Shown piece by piece: positions 1 through 13,229 of a stretch of 64,000 nucleotides of DNA (the stretch's first letter is position 1; the number at the start of each line of letters is the position of its first letter). The position numbers and the translations under genes are program-made. Under the pieces are notes generated by a model, which saw only the letters and a program-made list of their open reading frames with translations, searched no databases and was not told where the DNA came from. Location: positions 83,824,001-83,888,000 of the forward strand of contig OZ296649.1 of assembly GCA_965655095.1 (NCBI GenBank). Direction: 5' to 3'. Origin of the DNA: Haplodiscus bocki (Eukaryota).

Positions 1-100
1 ACCATAAATTATCAAAACAACAGCGACTTCACCAACAAGGTTACATAAACTGCTACAAATGTTTCTATTGAAAATCGTTTTTGAGAAGTCATTTCCAAGA
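1..100 (-). pseudogene. 5' start of Polinton major capsid protein remnant (continues beyond the left edge)
   Basis: Minus strand reads FVAVY/NLVGEVAVV, resembling the N-terminus of Polinton MCP. It lies directly downstream of penton and core genes, the usual order. Confidence 0.35.
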
Positions 101-109
101 CGCAACGTT

Positions 110-446
110 AGTGAAATTGTTTTTGGGTGCCAGCTAATTCGTTCGCCAGATTCTGATAAAACAATTCTGCCAGCGGAGCGTCCTTGCTACTAGCGTCGAG
201 CTGTTTTCTCAGATTTTGGTGCCCCATGTTTTCAGCAGCTGACTTGATGTATTTCTTACCGATGTATTACAGCTACTGCGATTTCCAACAAGTCAGCACC
301 GACACGTCTGGCAACCGGAACAATGAACAATCTATGAGAAGGAATTGCAACTCTCCTAATTACTCGACGCAAACGAACGAACTCCCGTCTTCGTTGCACA
401 CCGAACCCCCCGTGATGTGAAGTACTACCTTTCCGGAGGTACCATT
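110..446 (-). pseudogene. Polinton small basic core/virion protein remnant
   Basis: GGFGVQRRREFVRLRRVIRRVAIPSHRLFIVPVARRVGADLLEIA resembles the RQRGRGFG...AIP...VPAAKRVGADLLE-type basic protein found between penton and MCP genes. Confidence 0.6.
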
Positions 447-464
447 TGCAACAATTGTTTGTTA

Positions 465-1255
465 ACAAATGAAAATCAGACAGTTTCTTAAACAAAAAAG
501 CCGATTGAGTATTTCCCACGGAAAAGATTTTTTGCCCGATGTATCTCTCAAAACAGTTTCTGCGCTGTGAAATTTTTTTTTCAACAACCTGCGGAAATGT
601 AGGTTCCTGATTGTGTGACAACTCACGTATCGTCAAATAGTCATGGTATTGACGGACTTGAGTGTTCAGTTGAAGAGAAAATAACGTAACAACGGGGCTT
701 TTGCATCTTCAACTGAGTTGTACTCGACAAAATTGGTTTTAATCATCAATGAACCAACCCGAGCAAAAGCGCTTGCAAACAAAACTTTGCGTGAACATCT
801 TCCGCAGTTCGAATTTCCCATATCATTACAAACATCGCTGCTAAAACTGCGTTCCATGTCAATGCTTGAAATGACAAATTATATTCATTGTTTTTGACAA
901 CAAATTCAAAATTATGTGTTCTACGCGTTATCTTGTCAGTAAAGATGGACTCGCTGTGGTTTTTTCGACAGAGCAGCAAACTTTTTGCTCGTATTAGGTC
1001 TGTAATGGATGGCAGTAGTACTGATTTGAGGTAATAGAAACTTCCAGCTACTAAGATTTTTGTACCGCGAAGCAAGATTTCTCCTTCAGTATCATTCCGG
1101 TACATTGATGGGTACAAGAGTTTAGATACTGCTGCCGGCCATTGACCGCCTAAGTTGACCAGCTTTGGAAGAAAATTTGTTAACGAGCTCAAAGTATTGT
1201 CAGTAAAAAATTCAGACGATGCGCTTGAGACCAACTCGAAAAATGGAGTTCGAAA
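465..1255 (-). pseudogene. Polinton minor capsid protein (penton) pseudogene
   Basis: Pieces in three frames: LVSSASSEFFTDNTLSSLTNFLPKLVNLGGQW..VSKLLYPSMY (746-1234), SLMIKTNFVEYNSVEDAKAPLLRYF (666-857), IGQKIFSVGNTQSAFLFKK (within 256-636). These match the typical mCP motifs (SNAS..FPDNTLSSF, DLIEYNIVGDTKAPLLR). Confidence 0.85.
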
Positions 1256-1914
1256 TCTTTATGCCGGGTGGAGATATAATTCAATCAAGAAAGGACTCAG
1301 CTTTAACAAAAACTTTTTTAAAGGTTCTTTCCTTTGAAAAGACTAATATGGTAAATGAAGGAGATTTTTTTAGCTTCGCAAGTGGCTAGTTTTTTTGCGT
1401 TTTTCCGTAAAAACAGTTGATGTTCTAATGTCACTGTTGCCTATGGGAAGGGGTACAAGAACAAAGTGCTGGGATTGGAAATAGTTGCTTTTTGACAATT
1501 CGTGATTTTGTCTCATTCGCAGCTATTGATTGTGTGACTGGGTATCCTTCGATTTTGTTTTCAAGATGTTCTCACCAGAAAAAGTCAGCAAATTTGTTTT
1601 TTAATCTCAGGACTTGCTCTTCATCACCTTTTGCAAGTTTCCGCTGAACAAATTGACGAAACTTTCTATCGGGAAATCTATGTTCGCATTTGTGGGAAAG
1701 TGTTGCAATGTTCCGAGATTTGCACGTTTTTGAGTCATTCCTGTCCAAAATTTTCGAACGTTTCAAGTTCTCAGGTATGTTTATTTTCCAGGTAGTTTTC
1801 CGGTGTTTGGATGGCATCACATTCAATATTCTGCTCCAGGAGACAAACGGAATAATATATGACTAAACTGAGTCGTTGTTGCATGTTTAAAAGCATCAAC
1901 TATCACGGAACCAA

Positions 1915-2600
1915 AAACCGATTGATCAGTGAGACTGCCGACTTGTAACACGTCTTGTGCAATCTGGCTGGAATTATTTGAGTGTTTTGAAGATCGATTT
2001 CCCGACCCAGTTCACTTTTATGCAACAAACTAACTTTTATGTAATTCGTACAAAAGCGGCAAGGGTTTCCAGCCACAGGATTTTTCTCGAAAACTCCTTG
2101 ACCGCAAATTTTCTGACGTGGGTCATGAAAAAAAGTATTTTATTCGATACAATGTTTTCCAAACAGTCAACGAAGTCAAACTCTACACGCTGGACGTGAT
2201 CAGGGTTTTCAATCTTTTCCAGAATACGAACGTTAGGAGACTGGAATTACGGAACTTTTGGTAGAAAAAAATTAACTTACGTTTTTGAAAAGGAACTACT
2301 TTAATTCTTAGTAGATGAGATGTTTCAAACTTAGTAGATTTCAAACTCTCCTAGTCCCAATACAAAAATCAGAACCAGGTTTATCACGGAAAAGAAGTTT
2401 GCATAGCTTCTGAGTGGGAACAAAAACTGCAGCTTCGCTAGAGAAAAAGTCCCAAACAAACAAATTTCTTGTCGCCAGACACAGATGACTGCATTTTCCA
2501 GAATCTACCGAAAACTATTAGCGATATACACTAAAACTGTGATTTATTAAAGATTGTTAACAGGAGTTTCCGATACAACTCGATGATCTTCATTCCGGAT
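1915..2600 (+). pseudogene. Polinton packaging ATPase (A32-like) remnant
   Basis: Eroded Walker A (LISETA..TRLVQ, ~1922-1965), Walker B-like ILFDT (~2135-2150), then LHAGRDQG (~2182-2205) matching the AGRH arginine-finger motif. 3' end uncertain. Confidence 0.5.
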
Positions 2601-2849
2601 TGTTTGTGTCAGAAACAGTTTCATCTACAATTGTATGGTGTGGTTGATCAGTATCTATTTCCCAGTACGCAAAATGAAACAATGTTGCCATACGATAGGA
2701 AAAAAGTGGACAACTCCAGAAAAATATTGAAACCTAATTTGAAAAAAAACCAGTCACAGGTAAAATTTTTTGCACTCATTACAACGTATTCAAAAGTGGC
2801 GAGCAAACAGATCCTCCTCTATTTTTCCTTACTTCCAGTTCTACACCAC

Positions 2850-3180
2850 TGTTAAGAACATTCGAGCATATTGAAAAAAGAGGGTTAAAAAATTCACACT
2901 TAGACAGAAAATAATCCTGTGATAAGCCCGAACAAACGCGTATTGTGTCGAGGTTAGTCACAAAACAGTAACCAGGAACACTCCCATTTTGTGCATAAGC
3001 TTCACCGGCGGCATGATGTAGGATTGCGTGTAGACGAAACGGTTCAGAGGAACCAAATGTATCAATTTGAGAAGCACCGTATCCGTTAAACCCATCAAGG
3101 AGATAAAGAACATCCCTCTCCCGTAAGCAGGCTCTTCCATCAAAACAGAGACGACAAACACTAACAAAAATTTTTTTCAC
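2850..3180 (-). pseudogene. Small Polinton accessory ORF, PLA2-like (H-D type) remnant
   Basis: GYGAS..DTFGSSEPFRLHAILHHAAG....GSVPGYCF; the HAILH(D)AA core resembles the HD helix of viral phospholipase A2 domains. Asp is replaced by His here. Confidence 0.45.
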
Positions 3181-3739
3181 AGCGTTCCTCTCGATGGCGT
3201 TGCATATTTTGCTCCTGAATAAATTTGCTATCCCGAAAGTCCCTAATCATTTATGATACGTTGTTTACTCAAAAACAACACTTTTTTTTGCAAATGTTTC
3301 CAAGTACCTCAAAATATAATTGTTTCCAAAATTTTTAATCTCCGGATGAACTCTTTTTAATGTCTGGGTGATGGGGATGAAGTTTTTATTGATATCAGTG
3401 AAGCGTAGTTCCTAAGGTATGAGAATCGGTCTCGGAACATATGCAACGTTTGCGTCTTCCGTTGTATGTTAACCACTTCAAACACGAAGTTTCTTTCTCT
3501 GGATCTAACTTCTCAACTTCTGACAATCGTTGCAATTCCAAACCTGTGAGCTTCATTTTTTCAGAAGTTTGTTCCCAGGAAGACTACATTACCTTATGAA
3601 GTCCATGTTTTGTTCTCAATCCTATGAAAAGATTCACCTTTCTCCAAAGTTCCATTTTCTTGACCTCGAGTTTTGCAAAAAATGATTTGATGAGAAACTT
3701 CAGTTACACAAAGCAACAAAGTGTTTATTTCAACAAACC

Positions 3740-4290
3740 TTGCTCAGATAAATAAATAAAACATCAAGCAAAAACATAAATTACTCCAATCTGTGGTTAA
3801 CAGAAACCACTTGCTCAAATTTCTACTCTTCGCTTAGCTGTGTGAAAGTGACTACTTTCTGTTTTGTCAATGTAGTAATTCCTCAACTTCTTCCTTCTCG
3901 CAATGATCTTCTTTTGTTGTCGTTTCACAACTGTCACAGCCTTTCGGGCATGACTGAGTAGCTCCTCCAAACCTGATGATAAGGCTGTCGTCAGAATGGG
4001 TCTTTTGTTCTCGTCCTGCGGAAACTCGTCAGCCGCAACGGTAGTTTGATTGAAGAGCTGTAGAACTTGTTCGTAGTTTCAATCTACGATTTTTGCTTTT
4101 TGCTGTTTCAGAAACTCAGTTCTATCGTTTGTTCTGAAAACTCTCAATTGAGTTTCGAAGTCACTGTTTTCGTTCTTGATTATTCAATGACCAAGAAATC
4201 TTCCAAACAGTCATCCTTTTTGCCAAATTCCACATTTTTTGCGCATGATAATTTAACCGGAAGCTGCAACCAGAAGCTTTGAAAAATGAT
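3740..4290 (-). pseudogene. Conserved Polinton hypothetical protein remnant (possibly PC4-like ssDNA-binding)
   Basis: Frameshifted reading KLSCAKNVEFGKKDD/FGRF...FETQLRVFRTNDRTEF...TVAADEFPQDENKRPILT.ALSSGLEELL..ARKAVTVV. Function is inference only. Confidence 0.35.
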
Positions 4291-4419
4291 ACCAAAGTGG
4301 CTGGGTTCAGTTAGAAACCTAAATAAATAACGAAATTGAAGTGAAATTGCGAAAGCAGATACTGATGCCAATTTTACATTCTGCACCTCCTGGATTCATT
4401 TTTCTCTTTTAGCTGTCCT

Positions 4420-4990
4420 AGAAAAGCAAACGGTGTTTGTGTTCCTTTTATGGTGACGACCTAATTCCAAAGGTAGGTCGTTGTCCAAGAAACACCTTAT
4501 TGCGTCACTGATTGAGAAAACACCATATCTGATGAAAACTAAAATTGCCATTTGTTGAAGCCGCGTTCAACTACAAAGAACTTAGTCTGAACCATAGTGT
4601 TACCTTGTCATTTGCTGAAAAAACTCACATTTTGGTGGGAAAGACGACTAACTAAAAAATTTTTAATTTAGATTTTCTCATTCGGCAAGAGAAACAATGG
4701 ATTAAGCTATGTTGCAAGTGATTCTGAGCTTTAGCGAAAAAGTTTCTCAAAGTCTCTTTTTTTCATGTCAAATGATGTCTATGAAGTTTTTTAATCACTC
4801 AGGTTTTGTGTGGCTCTTGACGACCCCGCTTTTGGTGGTTGAAAGAACTCTGATTACCATATTCTTTTGATTGAAGTTACAGACTTGGAACACCAACATA
4901 GAAAGCTGCATTACTCTTGCTTAACCTTCCGAGAAAACTGTTCTTGTTATTCAAATCCAGATTCAGCAGTGACGCCCAAAAAAATGGAGA
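4420..4990 (-). pseudogene. Possible DEDD-type exonuclease-like Polinton ORF remnant
   Basis: FFQPPK followed by a *LKNFIDII*HE segment resembling the F.PP...WL..N.HGI.W pattern of Polinton DEDD-like ORFs. Very eroded. Confidence 0.25.
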
Positions 4991-7900
4991 ACTTTCCATT
5001 TCGGCACACTGGGGATGGTTGAATTTTCAAGGAACCATTAGAGCTGCTAAAAAATACCCAGTATTGCAAAGAAAAGACTCCTACCCAAAAAATTCAAAAA
5101 ACACCCCCTGACATCGATTCAGAAACCAACAACAATTCAAACATGTGGATCAGTTTCTGTGGTGTTATTGAAAGGTGCCTGCAGAACAACAAAATTTGAA
5201 ATTGATTTGTTGAAAATCACTGGGTTTTTCCACGAAGGCTATCGTACGTATGGGAGTGAAATAAATTACTTTAAAATTAAACCTTCGGAATTTGTGTTTC
5301 TTAGCAAGTTGCAAATTTACGTGACAGGATTACTCATGTGCTGGGCCAGTAAGTTTTTTCCAAGTAACTGCATTGTCCTATTTTCAACGCAAAGTGTCTC
5401 AACATTTCAGTTTTTGCAATTCAAATTCAACTACAATTCGAGAAAAAACTGCAAGGGAATCAGGCGTTTTTTGTGCACCAGCGTCCTGCAAAATATTCAG
5501 AAATAGCCACGTTACATTGTATTTTGTCACTTTTATATGTATTTTCGATAGGCATCCGTGGAACTTTTCGCATCTTGCACCTCCATAAAAAGACCTGCCG
5601 GTAAAAACTACAGCTTCTCCTTTGTATTGAAGGTTGTCATAATAAGAAGCTCCCCCATTAAGGCAAAACCCGTGAAAAGAATCCTAACATATATGTTGAA
5701 ACATTTCAGAGATTTCTTTGTCTCTGTCCCAATAAATGTCTTGTTCCATGCATGACTAATGTAGCAATTGGGTTCGTCTAAAAGCCAGCTACAAGTAACC
5801 TGATGCATTAAAAACAACGTCATGGACGACGCAGTTTTTGAGTTTGAATGAAATAATTCCTGCGAGCGATTCAACTGGCTAAAAAACTGATACTCAAAGG
5901 ATCGCATGAAAAAACCACAGCAGATGTTCAACAATTTGCATTTGCCTCCAAAAATTTCCAACTAAAGACCTCTTTTTTTTACTTTGAAAGGAATTATAGG
6001 TTTCGCATATTCACGCCGTTGCTTCTTTTGCGTTGAAACTTTGACAAGGAAGTTCGTTTAACCGGTGAGGTATTTACTCAGCAGGCCGTTTGTTTTTTAT
6101 CTTCCTCGTCAACATCGTCGTCCTTCTCATCAACAACGCGGGTGTCTTCAGCATCAACTTCACCACCAGTGTCATCGTCGAGTATCGTTTAGGCAGAACT
6201 GGAACTTTTAACAGCTAGGTCGAAGATGTTTGGTGTGAATCGAGTTCTGTAAGCTCAACTTGCATTTTTTGAAGAACTAGTTGCGATGCGAAACTTTGTT
6301 GATGAAACGTTGTCAATCTTATTTTGCTGACCTTCTCATACTTGAATGGAATACTGTTCTATTGGTTTTTTTTGAGATCCTCAGGTACTTCTTTTAGTCT
6401 TTACTGCGGCTCTTGGGTATGTAGAGCCCGAGTAGCGCTTCCTCCATAAATCGGAGTCTTCAACTCTGCAACCAAATGGAAACAAATAGAGGCAGCCTTG
6501 TATTTTTTACTATTGTTTCAAAAGAAGTGTTGGGGGACTCCAAAAAAAACATACTCCGGAAAATTTTCTAGAAACCTAAACATTTCAGCTTTGGAGACAT
6601 TGAAGTTGATTTTTTCAGGAAAAGAATGTGAAGTTGAGAAAAACTGAAAACAAAAGGAAGAGCTGATTCCGGTTTTTTACGCAACAAGTTACTTGCAAGA
6701 GTAATTACTCTCCTCGAAAGTTTGAACCAACCAAGGAAAATTAGGATGAAATCACGTGACTCTCTATAAACGGTCCAAAGATTGTTGCTTTTCATTGGAA
6801 AAGCCAACAGGGTTGATTTGACTGCATCATAAACTATGCTTGCCTGCAAGTATGCAACACATACAGCAGACAAACGAGAGTTTTGCAAGAAGTTTGAATT
6901 TTTCAAACTGTTGCAATTCAACAATTCCACAGCAGATAAATTGATCGGCTGTTTGAGTAAATTCACTTATTGAGAATTGAGCAAAACCACTAGTTCTCTA
7001 TTTCTATTCGGAAAGAAAATTTGATTTTACCGTATTGGATGCTTTGTGATTGCAAGCATAGAGTGCAAGAACAGATTGTCTTTCACAAATGTGCAGCGAA
7101 CAGGATTCTGAAGAGTAGGTAGAAACTTTTTGTTCGGTTTTCTTGCCTCCTCGTGTTGGTGGACGAAACCCGTCAAACAGTACAAAAATGGATCAGAACC
7201 TAGTTTCAATGAGGTTACTTCTTCGGAAAAAGTGTCTCCTGGAATTTTGAGAAATGGAACTGGATACCGTTGAGGGTGGAGGATTTTTTGCTTGAGGTCC
7301 AACTCAAACGTAAGAGTCAATTTTTCTAAAAAGTGAAGTATGTAAAACGCTGTGATTGAAAAGGGTGTCGATATGGGTTTCGTCCAAGAGATCTGCTGGA
7401 ATATTATTATAGGTGAAGTAGAGTTTCGATAGAGTGGTTGTTTGTTTTTTTAATGCAACCGATTTCTTTTGCTGACAAAACTGCAATGAAGGAGAAAAAG
7501 TTTCTACTGGCAAAGTTTGAATGTGAAACCATTTTGAAGACTAGAGAGTTTTTCTAGCCTTGTTTTCCTTGGTGGAGCTGTAGAAGTTTGAATAGACTTT
7601 ACAAACACAATTTTCTTTTCTTTCTGTTTTTATGGTAACACTTTTTTGCCAGCAAAACCACACGCGCGGTTTTAAAAAGTATAGTGATTTTATGGAATGC
7701 TTGGATGATTTTCCCAGTAGTAAAGTCAACAGTTGAGGAAAGTTGATTCCATATGTTTGTTTTCCCAGAGAGGTTTCAAACACTCGCTAAGATAAGGATC
7801 TGCTCAAGAGATCTTCTCTGACATGTTGTCGTAAAAAAGCGTTCTGGTTGATTCTTTTCTCAAAAAGATTTTCATCACACCGAGGAAAGGCGATCTTGTC

Positions 7901-8999
7901 GAAAAAATCCTCAGAAACAATTTCGGAAAAGTGCTCTTTGAGTTATGATCGTTCTTTTTGAAGAGCTTTCCAAAAAACCCTGACTTTTTGGAAGGAAACA
8001 GTTCTACTTGACTATTTCTGTATGACAAGGCGGAGACAATTGGCAAAATGCCTTTACTCTCCATTTCTCAATATTATTGTGGCAGAGACCTTTCACTACT
8101 AAACCCACACGTAATTAATCAAATGATAGAGAAATTAGGTTAGTTTAGTACGGGCTTGACTTCTGCTTGAAAAACTCAAGTACGAAAACACAAGTTTAAA
8201 AATTGAGAAGTCCTCTAGTTCTTTTTTGTAGGATTTTTCATTAACACAGAGTGTCACGGAGTTCGCTGGAGACTGAGAGCCTACCAGTTGGTAGCTGTTG
8301 ATGAGTATACTGAGGGTGTGAATGTTTAGTGAGGTTGCTTGTATTTGATGTTTAAAAATTTTCAAGAAAAATAGTGGTCAATGAAGTCATTTTGCGTCGG
8401 GACTCCAACTATATAGTCCTAAAAAACTGGCAGTTGAAGGTTCTTGACAGAATGCTTTCAGCTGTAGAAGGACAGGTATTGTGTTTTTGCCATCTTGAAA
8501 AAAACTCCTTGCCTTTGAAGAAGAAACGGCTAGCAAAAGCGAAAAGTGTCAATGATGTTATTTTCCATCTGGAAGTCGGCTAGCAAGTCGTGAAAAACAA
8601 CGTCACTTGATGTTGGGATTCCGAAAGTTTAATGTAGGTTGGAAAAGAGCTTTTCATGCACGACTCAATTTCGACTGAGATTCCTTGACTTTGAAAGTAA
8701 AGAGTCTAACCAGGAAGAAACTGGTCAAGGGCGTCATTTGTTATCCTAAGGTTTATAAACTCACATAGATTCGACCTCAGTTCACTGCGGAGTATCGTGC
8801 GACTTGTTTCAAAGTCCAATTCTGACCGAGTTCCTATATTTTCCGCCTTTTGTCTCGAAACTGACTTTTACCTCCTTTTCTGATTGATTATTACCTCGAT
8901 TTATTTTTGTTCATCATCTTGGAAGAGTCTCAGAAAGCTAAAATAGCGCCTTCTCTCGATCGAAACGTAAAATATTTCTACTTCCTGCCACTTGCATGT

Positions 9000-11900
9000 C
9001 GGCAACGAGAAACCGGAACGAAAAAAGATGTTTTGTACCACAGGTACGAAATCGAATAGGAAAAGATCCAAATTCTTCTGCAACGCTGATAACCATTTTT
9101 CCAACAATATGCTTCAAGCATGCACTGCCAATTTCAAAAGCAAAAACGAAAGGCGCATGTTGGTTTCCCAACGTTTGATACTAGTAGAGGCACAAGGACA
9201 TGAAAACCTGTCAAGAATTCAAGAAGTTTTTGCAGAAATGGAGACAAGTTTGGATGATTACCAAGATCAGGATCACTTTAGGAAGAGCACACAACATTTC
9301 AGCTGTTTTTGGTTGTTTTTGGTTTCATCAGTTGTAGACAACACGTGTTCTTTATTGCTTCAACTAAAATTTCTCAAACATTCCAAAACACTAAATTACA
9401 ACATATCTTCGACTTTCTGCAGTGGGGCCTAAACATTAATAGGGCGTTTGGATTTGTTCTTCGCAATGTAGAGGATGGGAAAAAGGTTTCTCTCAGGAAC
9501 TGAGTGCTCGAGGGAGTTCCTCAACCAGAGAAATATATCTGTTTCTGTCAAACGTGTTCTTTTTCGCAGCAATACTAAAGATCATTTCCGTTGTGATTAA
9601 AAATAAATTCTTACCTCCAAACCTGGTTAGGCTTTGAAAAATTCTCAGTTTCACTTACAAAGCAAACAGAAATTCTTTCAAAAACAACATGTTGTTAGAA
9701 AAGGGAAAAATGCATGCACAGAACAAGAACGGAGAAGTTGGAGGAAGAAAACATCCATTTATTGAAACTCTGACCAAACAACAACCCAAAACTATCCGTT
9801 GGGAACTTCTGAGGTGTTGCTCTCAAAGATCTTCATCTCGTTAAGCAAACTGCAATAGTGAGCGTGTTAGTTTACGATATTGAAGTATTAGATGGAAGAA
9901 AAAGCATAAAGTTCTGTGTGAGCCTTCACTTCAGCAGGAATTTTTTTGCGTTATAGCGAGCATATTTGCTATGTCACAGATAAGAACAAATTCTTTGAGT
10001 CCATTTGTTGCTCTATGTGTGATACATTTGGCAAAAAAGTTCAATCTTAAGAAAACGTCCACCTAAAAGTGAATAGTTGGTTGAAAATATCTATCCCAAA
10101 ACTGGCTATCCGTTTCGGAAAAGACTTTTTGATGAAATCAGAAAACTCAAATCTGAGGTCACAAGAGATGAATTTTTTTCAACAACTTTACTGACTTTGA
10201 TTTGGAATCAATTTATGTTATAGTTTGTATGGTGATCGAAACGGGAAGTCAGATTTCAGGTTGGTAAGCTTGAACCAATTTTAGTATCTACTCCCTTTAA
10301 TCTGCCTGACGAATCAACATTGATCTGTGGCACTCAACCACACTCGCCAGTCTTGGCTATCGTACCCTCTCCGGAAAGTCTTGCTGAGAAAAGTAGATTG
10401 CAGATGGAACGCTAATTTCGTGACATTACTGCATTGATCAAAGAACCTGAGAGTCTAATCAACAACAACAAAAAAGATTTATCACGTGTCTTTAGGTATG
10501 GAAGAGAGTGTGTAGTTGAAAGCGACATTGAGGATTATGAAATGATACTGTTTCCACAAATTTTTTATCAACACATAGGAACAATTTTTCTCAAATATAA
10601 GAACGCTTCGAGCGTAATGTCAAAACTTTTTCGGTTTTCAAACTCAACAGCGCCAAGTTCACTTGAGTCTCAAAAAAATGCACGTTTCTCCTCTACTCGT
10701 CAAAAAAAACTCAACCCGGGCGTCATTAGAAAAGCAAATCAATTTGTGTCTTTCAAACGAAGCAATGTTCAATTCTGGGTTACCATGAACTTTTTTGGAG
10801 GTGCAATTGGTACTGATGCTTTTGTCAGGGCACACGAAACCAATCAATTGAGATGCTTTTTCTATAAGAAGCGGTTTGATAATGCTGGAAAACACCTACA
10901 GCAACCATATCACTGGTGAAACAATTTTTCTGAAAGACTACGTAATTGCAAAAAGCTAAATAAAAACTAACGACTAACAAAAGTTCACCACTACCGGATG
11001 CAACACTGTAAAAACCCTCAAAAGACTCAGACTTTCCCAAGTTCTTTCAATGTCTCAAGAAAACTATGCGTACCTAAAGCAGGTTTGGAATACCCACAAC
11101 ATGCAAAAATTCAGTTGCTTTTTTTCATGGTAAAAGAACAAGAAGGTGGTACCAACTCTTGAAGCGATGAAAATCCCGATTTAATTTTACCACAGTAGTA
11201 CGATTGTTTTGTTCTTACTGCATTTTCTTCTGCCAAACCAGGCACACTTTTGCCTCCGTAGTTCTACAGCTACCAATCTTTACCCAAACTCCAGGGCTTT
11301 TCAAGATTTTCTTGAGAAAAAGAAAGAAGACATGTTTGGTGGACCTCTAAATGCTTTTACTGGGAAACATGTGTTGGTGGAACAAAATTTTGGCTCTTAT
11401 CCAAACGTTTGAAATTCATTAGCAAGTAAAAAGGCTTGCCTACTCTATCCATTTGCAATGTGTCAGCTGATGCGTATGGGACTCTACACACGTTGGCAAA
11501 CTAATACTGATATCCCACGGTTGAAGCCAAGATCCAATAAAGGATAATCTGATGAGAAAATTGTGAAAACTTCTTCCTGATGCTTCACTTTAGAGTGCAA
11601 TATTGTGAGCTCATTTTTCACAAACGAAACGCAGCGATTTTTTAACTGTTTTAGCGTTGTTGTATTTAGGTGTCACGGTGACACCCTTTTCGAAGCTTTA
11701 TGTTGCTTCTAAGTTTTCTGCTAGTGTTTGGAACTTCGACTCGTTCCGGTTGATGCAATCAATGCCAGGGATCAAAAAAGCCGAAATTGAAGGTCTTTGT
11801 TGATTTTACCTATTGGAAAATTTTTTTTATTCTATCGAGCTATGGAATAGCGAAGAGAAACAAAACAGTCAAAAAACCTTGAAAATACGTCTTTTGGTTA

Positions 11901-13090
11901 ATCAAATTCTCCCAAAAGTAACAGGTGAGTATTGGGAGCTTGGTCCCTCACAGACGCAGTGGAAGATATTTTAGGTTTGCTCCTTGGAGGTTTTGAACTT
12001 CAGACAACCTGATAGAAACTACTGGAGAACCATGGCCTAAATTTAAAACACATTTGTTTCCCACTCAGATACTGTTGACTTCTAGAGAAAGTATGCCAAC
12101 AAAAACAAGCTGGTGACTCATCTTCACAAAAAGTAAGCATCGAGCATCCATTTTGCCAACGAAGCAATCATCACACAACTTTTGATTTTCTTTTTCTTTA
12201 TCATGGACTGGAAAGCAAAAAATTCATCGCCTATTTCAATGTTTTCCATTGAGTTGCTGCGAACATTTTGTCCCATCTGTAGTGAATGCTAGCGGGCATG
12301 GCAATGAGATCCACAATCAAGGGTCGTCGTAGAAACTATGACGTATTTTGCAAATAGTTCGCGCAGTTAGCAGGATGAATGGAAGCCTGCATTCAACGAC
12401 GAATTAGCTCACTGATGAGAAAGCACTCAAATTTATTTCTCGAAACGCTTACTAGTATATATCAACAAAAACAGTTTTACAGGATAAGGAACCTACCATG
12501 GTTGGTTTTTCCATACTGTAGTATGCTAAACTGCAAATGCCCGAATTTTAATGCAACTTTCGTGATGTTTTTCTGGACTGCAATTCGTTCGGCAAATAAT
12601 ATGACCAAAAGGCTTCTCATCTAGTAGCACAACATGATTCTTTCAAAGAAACTATCAAATCCAAAATGAAAGATGTTTGGAACGGAATTACAGTAGAAAA
12701 CAGTAGCAACTATTGTTCTGCCCACATTTGCAGTAAAGTATTCCAACGAACATGTTGCATGGATCATATCAAGCACGATAAGAGACATTTTCGATAACTG
12801 AAGGAAGAGTTGTGCTGAATTGAACATTTCTGTCCGTGGAATGAAATTCACTAGTGCTTCAATCAGACTGCACATAAAATCAGGTTCGGTATTAAAAGAT
12901 AAAACAAAAAAAACACTAGAGGAAGATGGTGATGGAACATTGGAAGAACACAGACACTAGTCGTGGTTTGTGAACCATGCAACATTCTGCTTGTACGTAA
13001 GAGCAGAAAAAGGGAGTGTTGTCGTACTTCTCTCCAAAGAGAGTTGTCCCCGGTGACGGAACCAAAATACACCTTTTCATCTGAAATTGT
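9000..13090 (+). pseudogene. Protein-primed family B DNA polymerase (pPolB) pseudogene
   Basis: Collinear motifs across frameshifts: LNINRAFGFVLRNVEDGK (~9430), VIRKANQFVSFK..MNFFGG..DAFVRAH..CFF (10720-10870), EDMFGGP (~11330), motif A-like ACLLYPFAMCQLM.MGLYTRW (~11430-11500), motif B-like ETMTYFANSS (~12335), RTCC..HIKHDKR (~12750), C-terminal EQKKGVLSYFSPKRVV.GDG (~13010-13065). Motif C is not recognisable. Confidence 0.9.
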
Positions 13091-13229
13091 GGTAACAATT
13101 TTAAAAAAATTTGCAAAGTGTTCTCTTTATAATTTGAAAAATTCAGCTTTGTCTTTTTGAGGAACTCAATGGTACGGTTTGAATCATTTCTTCATTTTGT
13201 CTGCCGGCCACAAAGCTGCACGGAAAAAA

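Noticed and set aside
5000-8900. Major capsid protein in the 5-8.9 kb or 19.7-21.9 kb remnants
   Set aside because: Only short chance-level matches (e.g. LFLHSML, IVHSLF); no collinear MCP motifs. The MCP more plausibly starts at the left edge.
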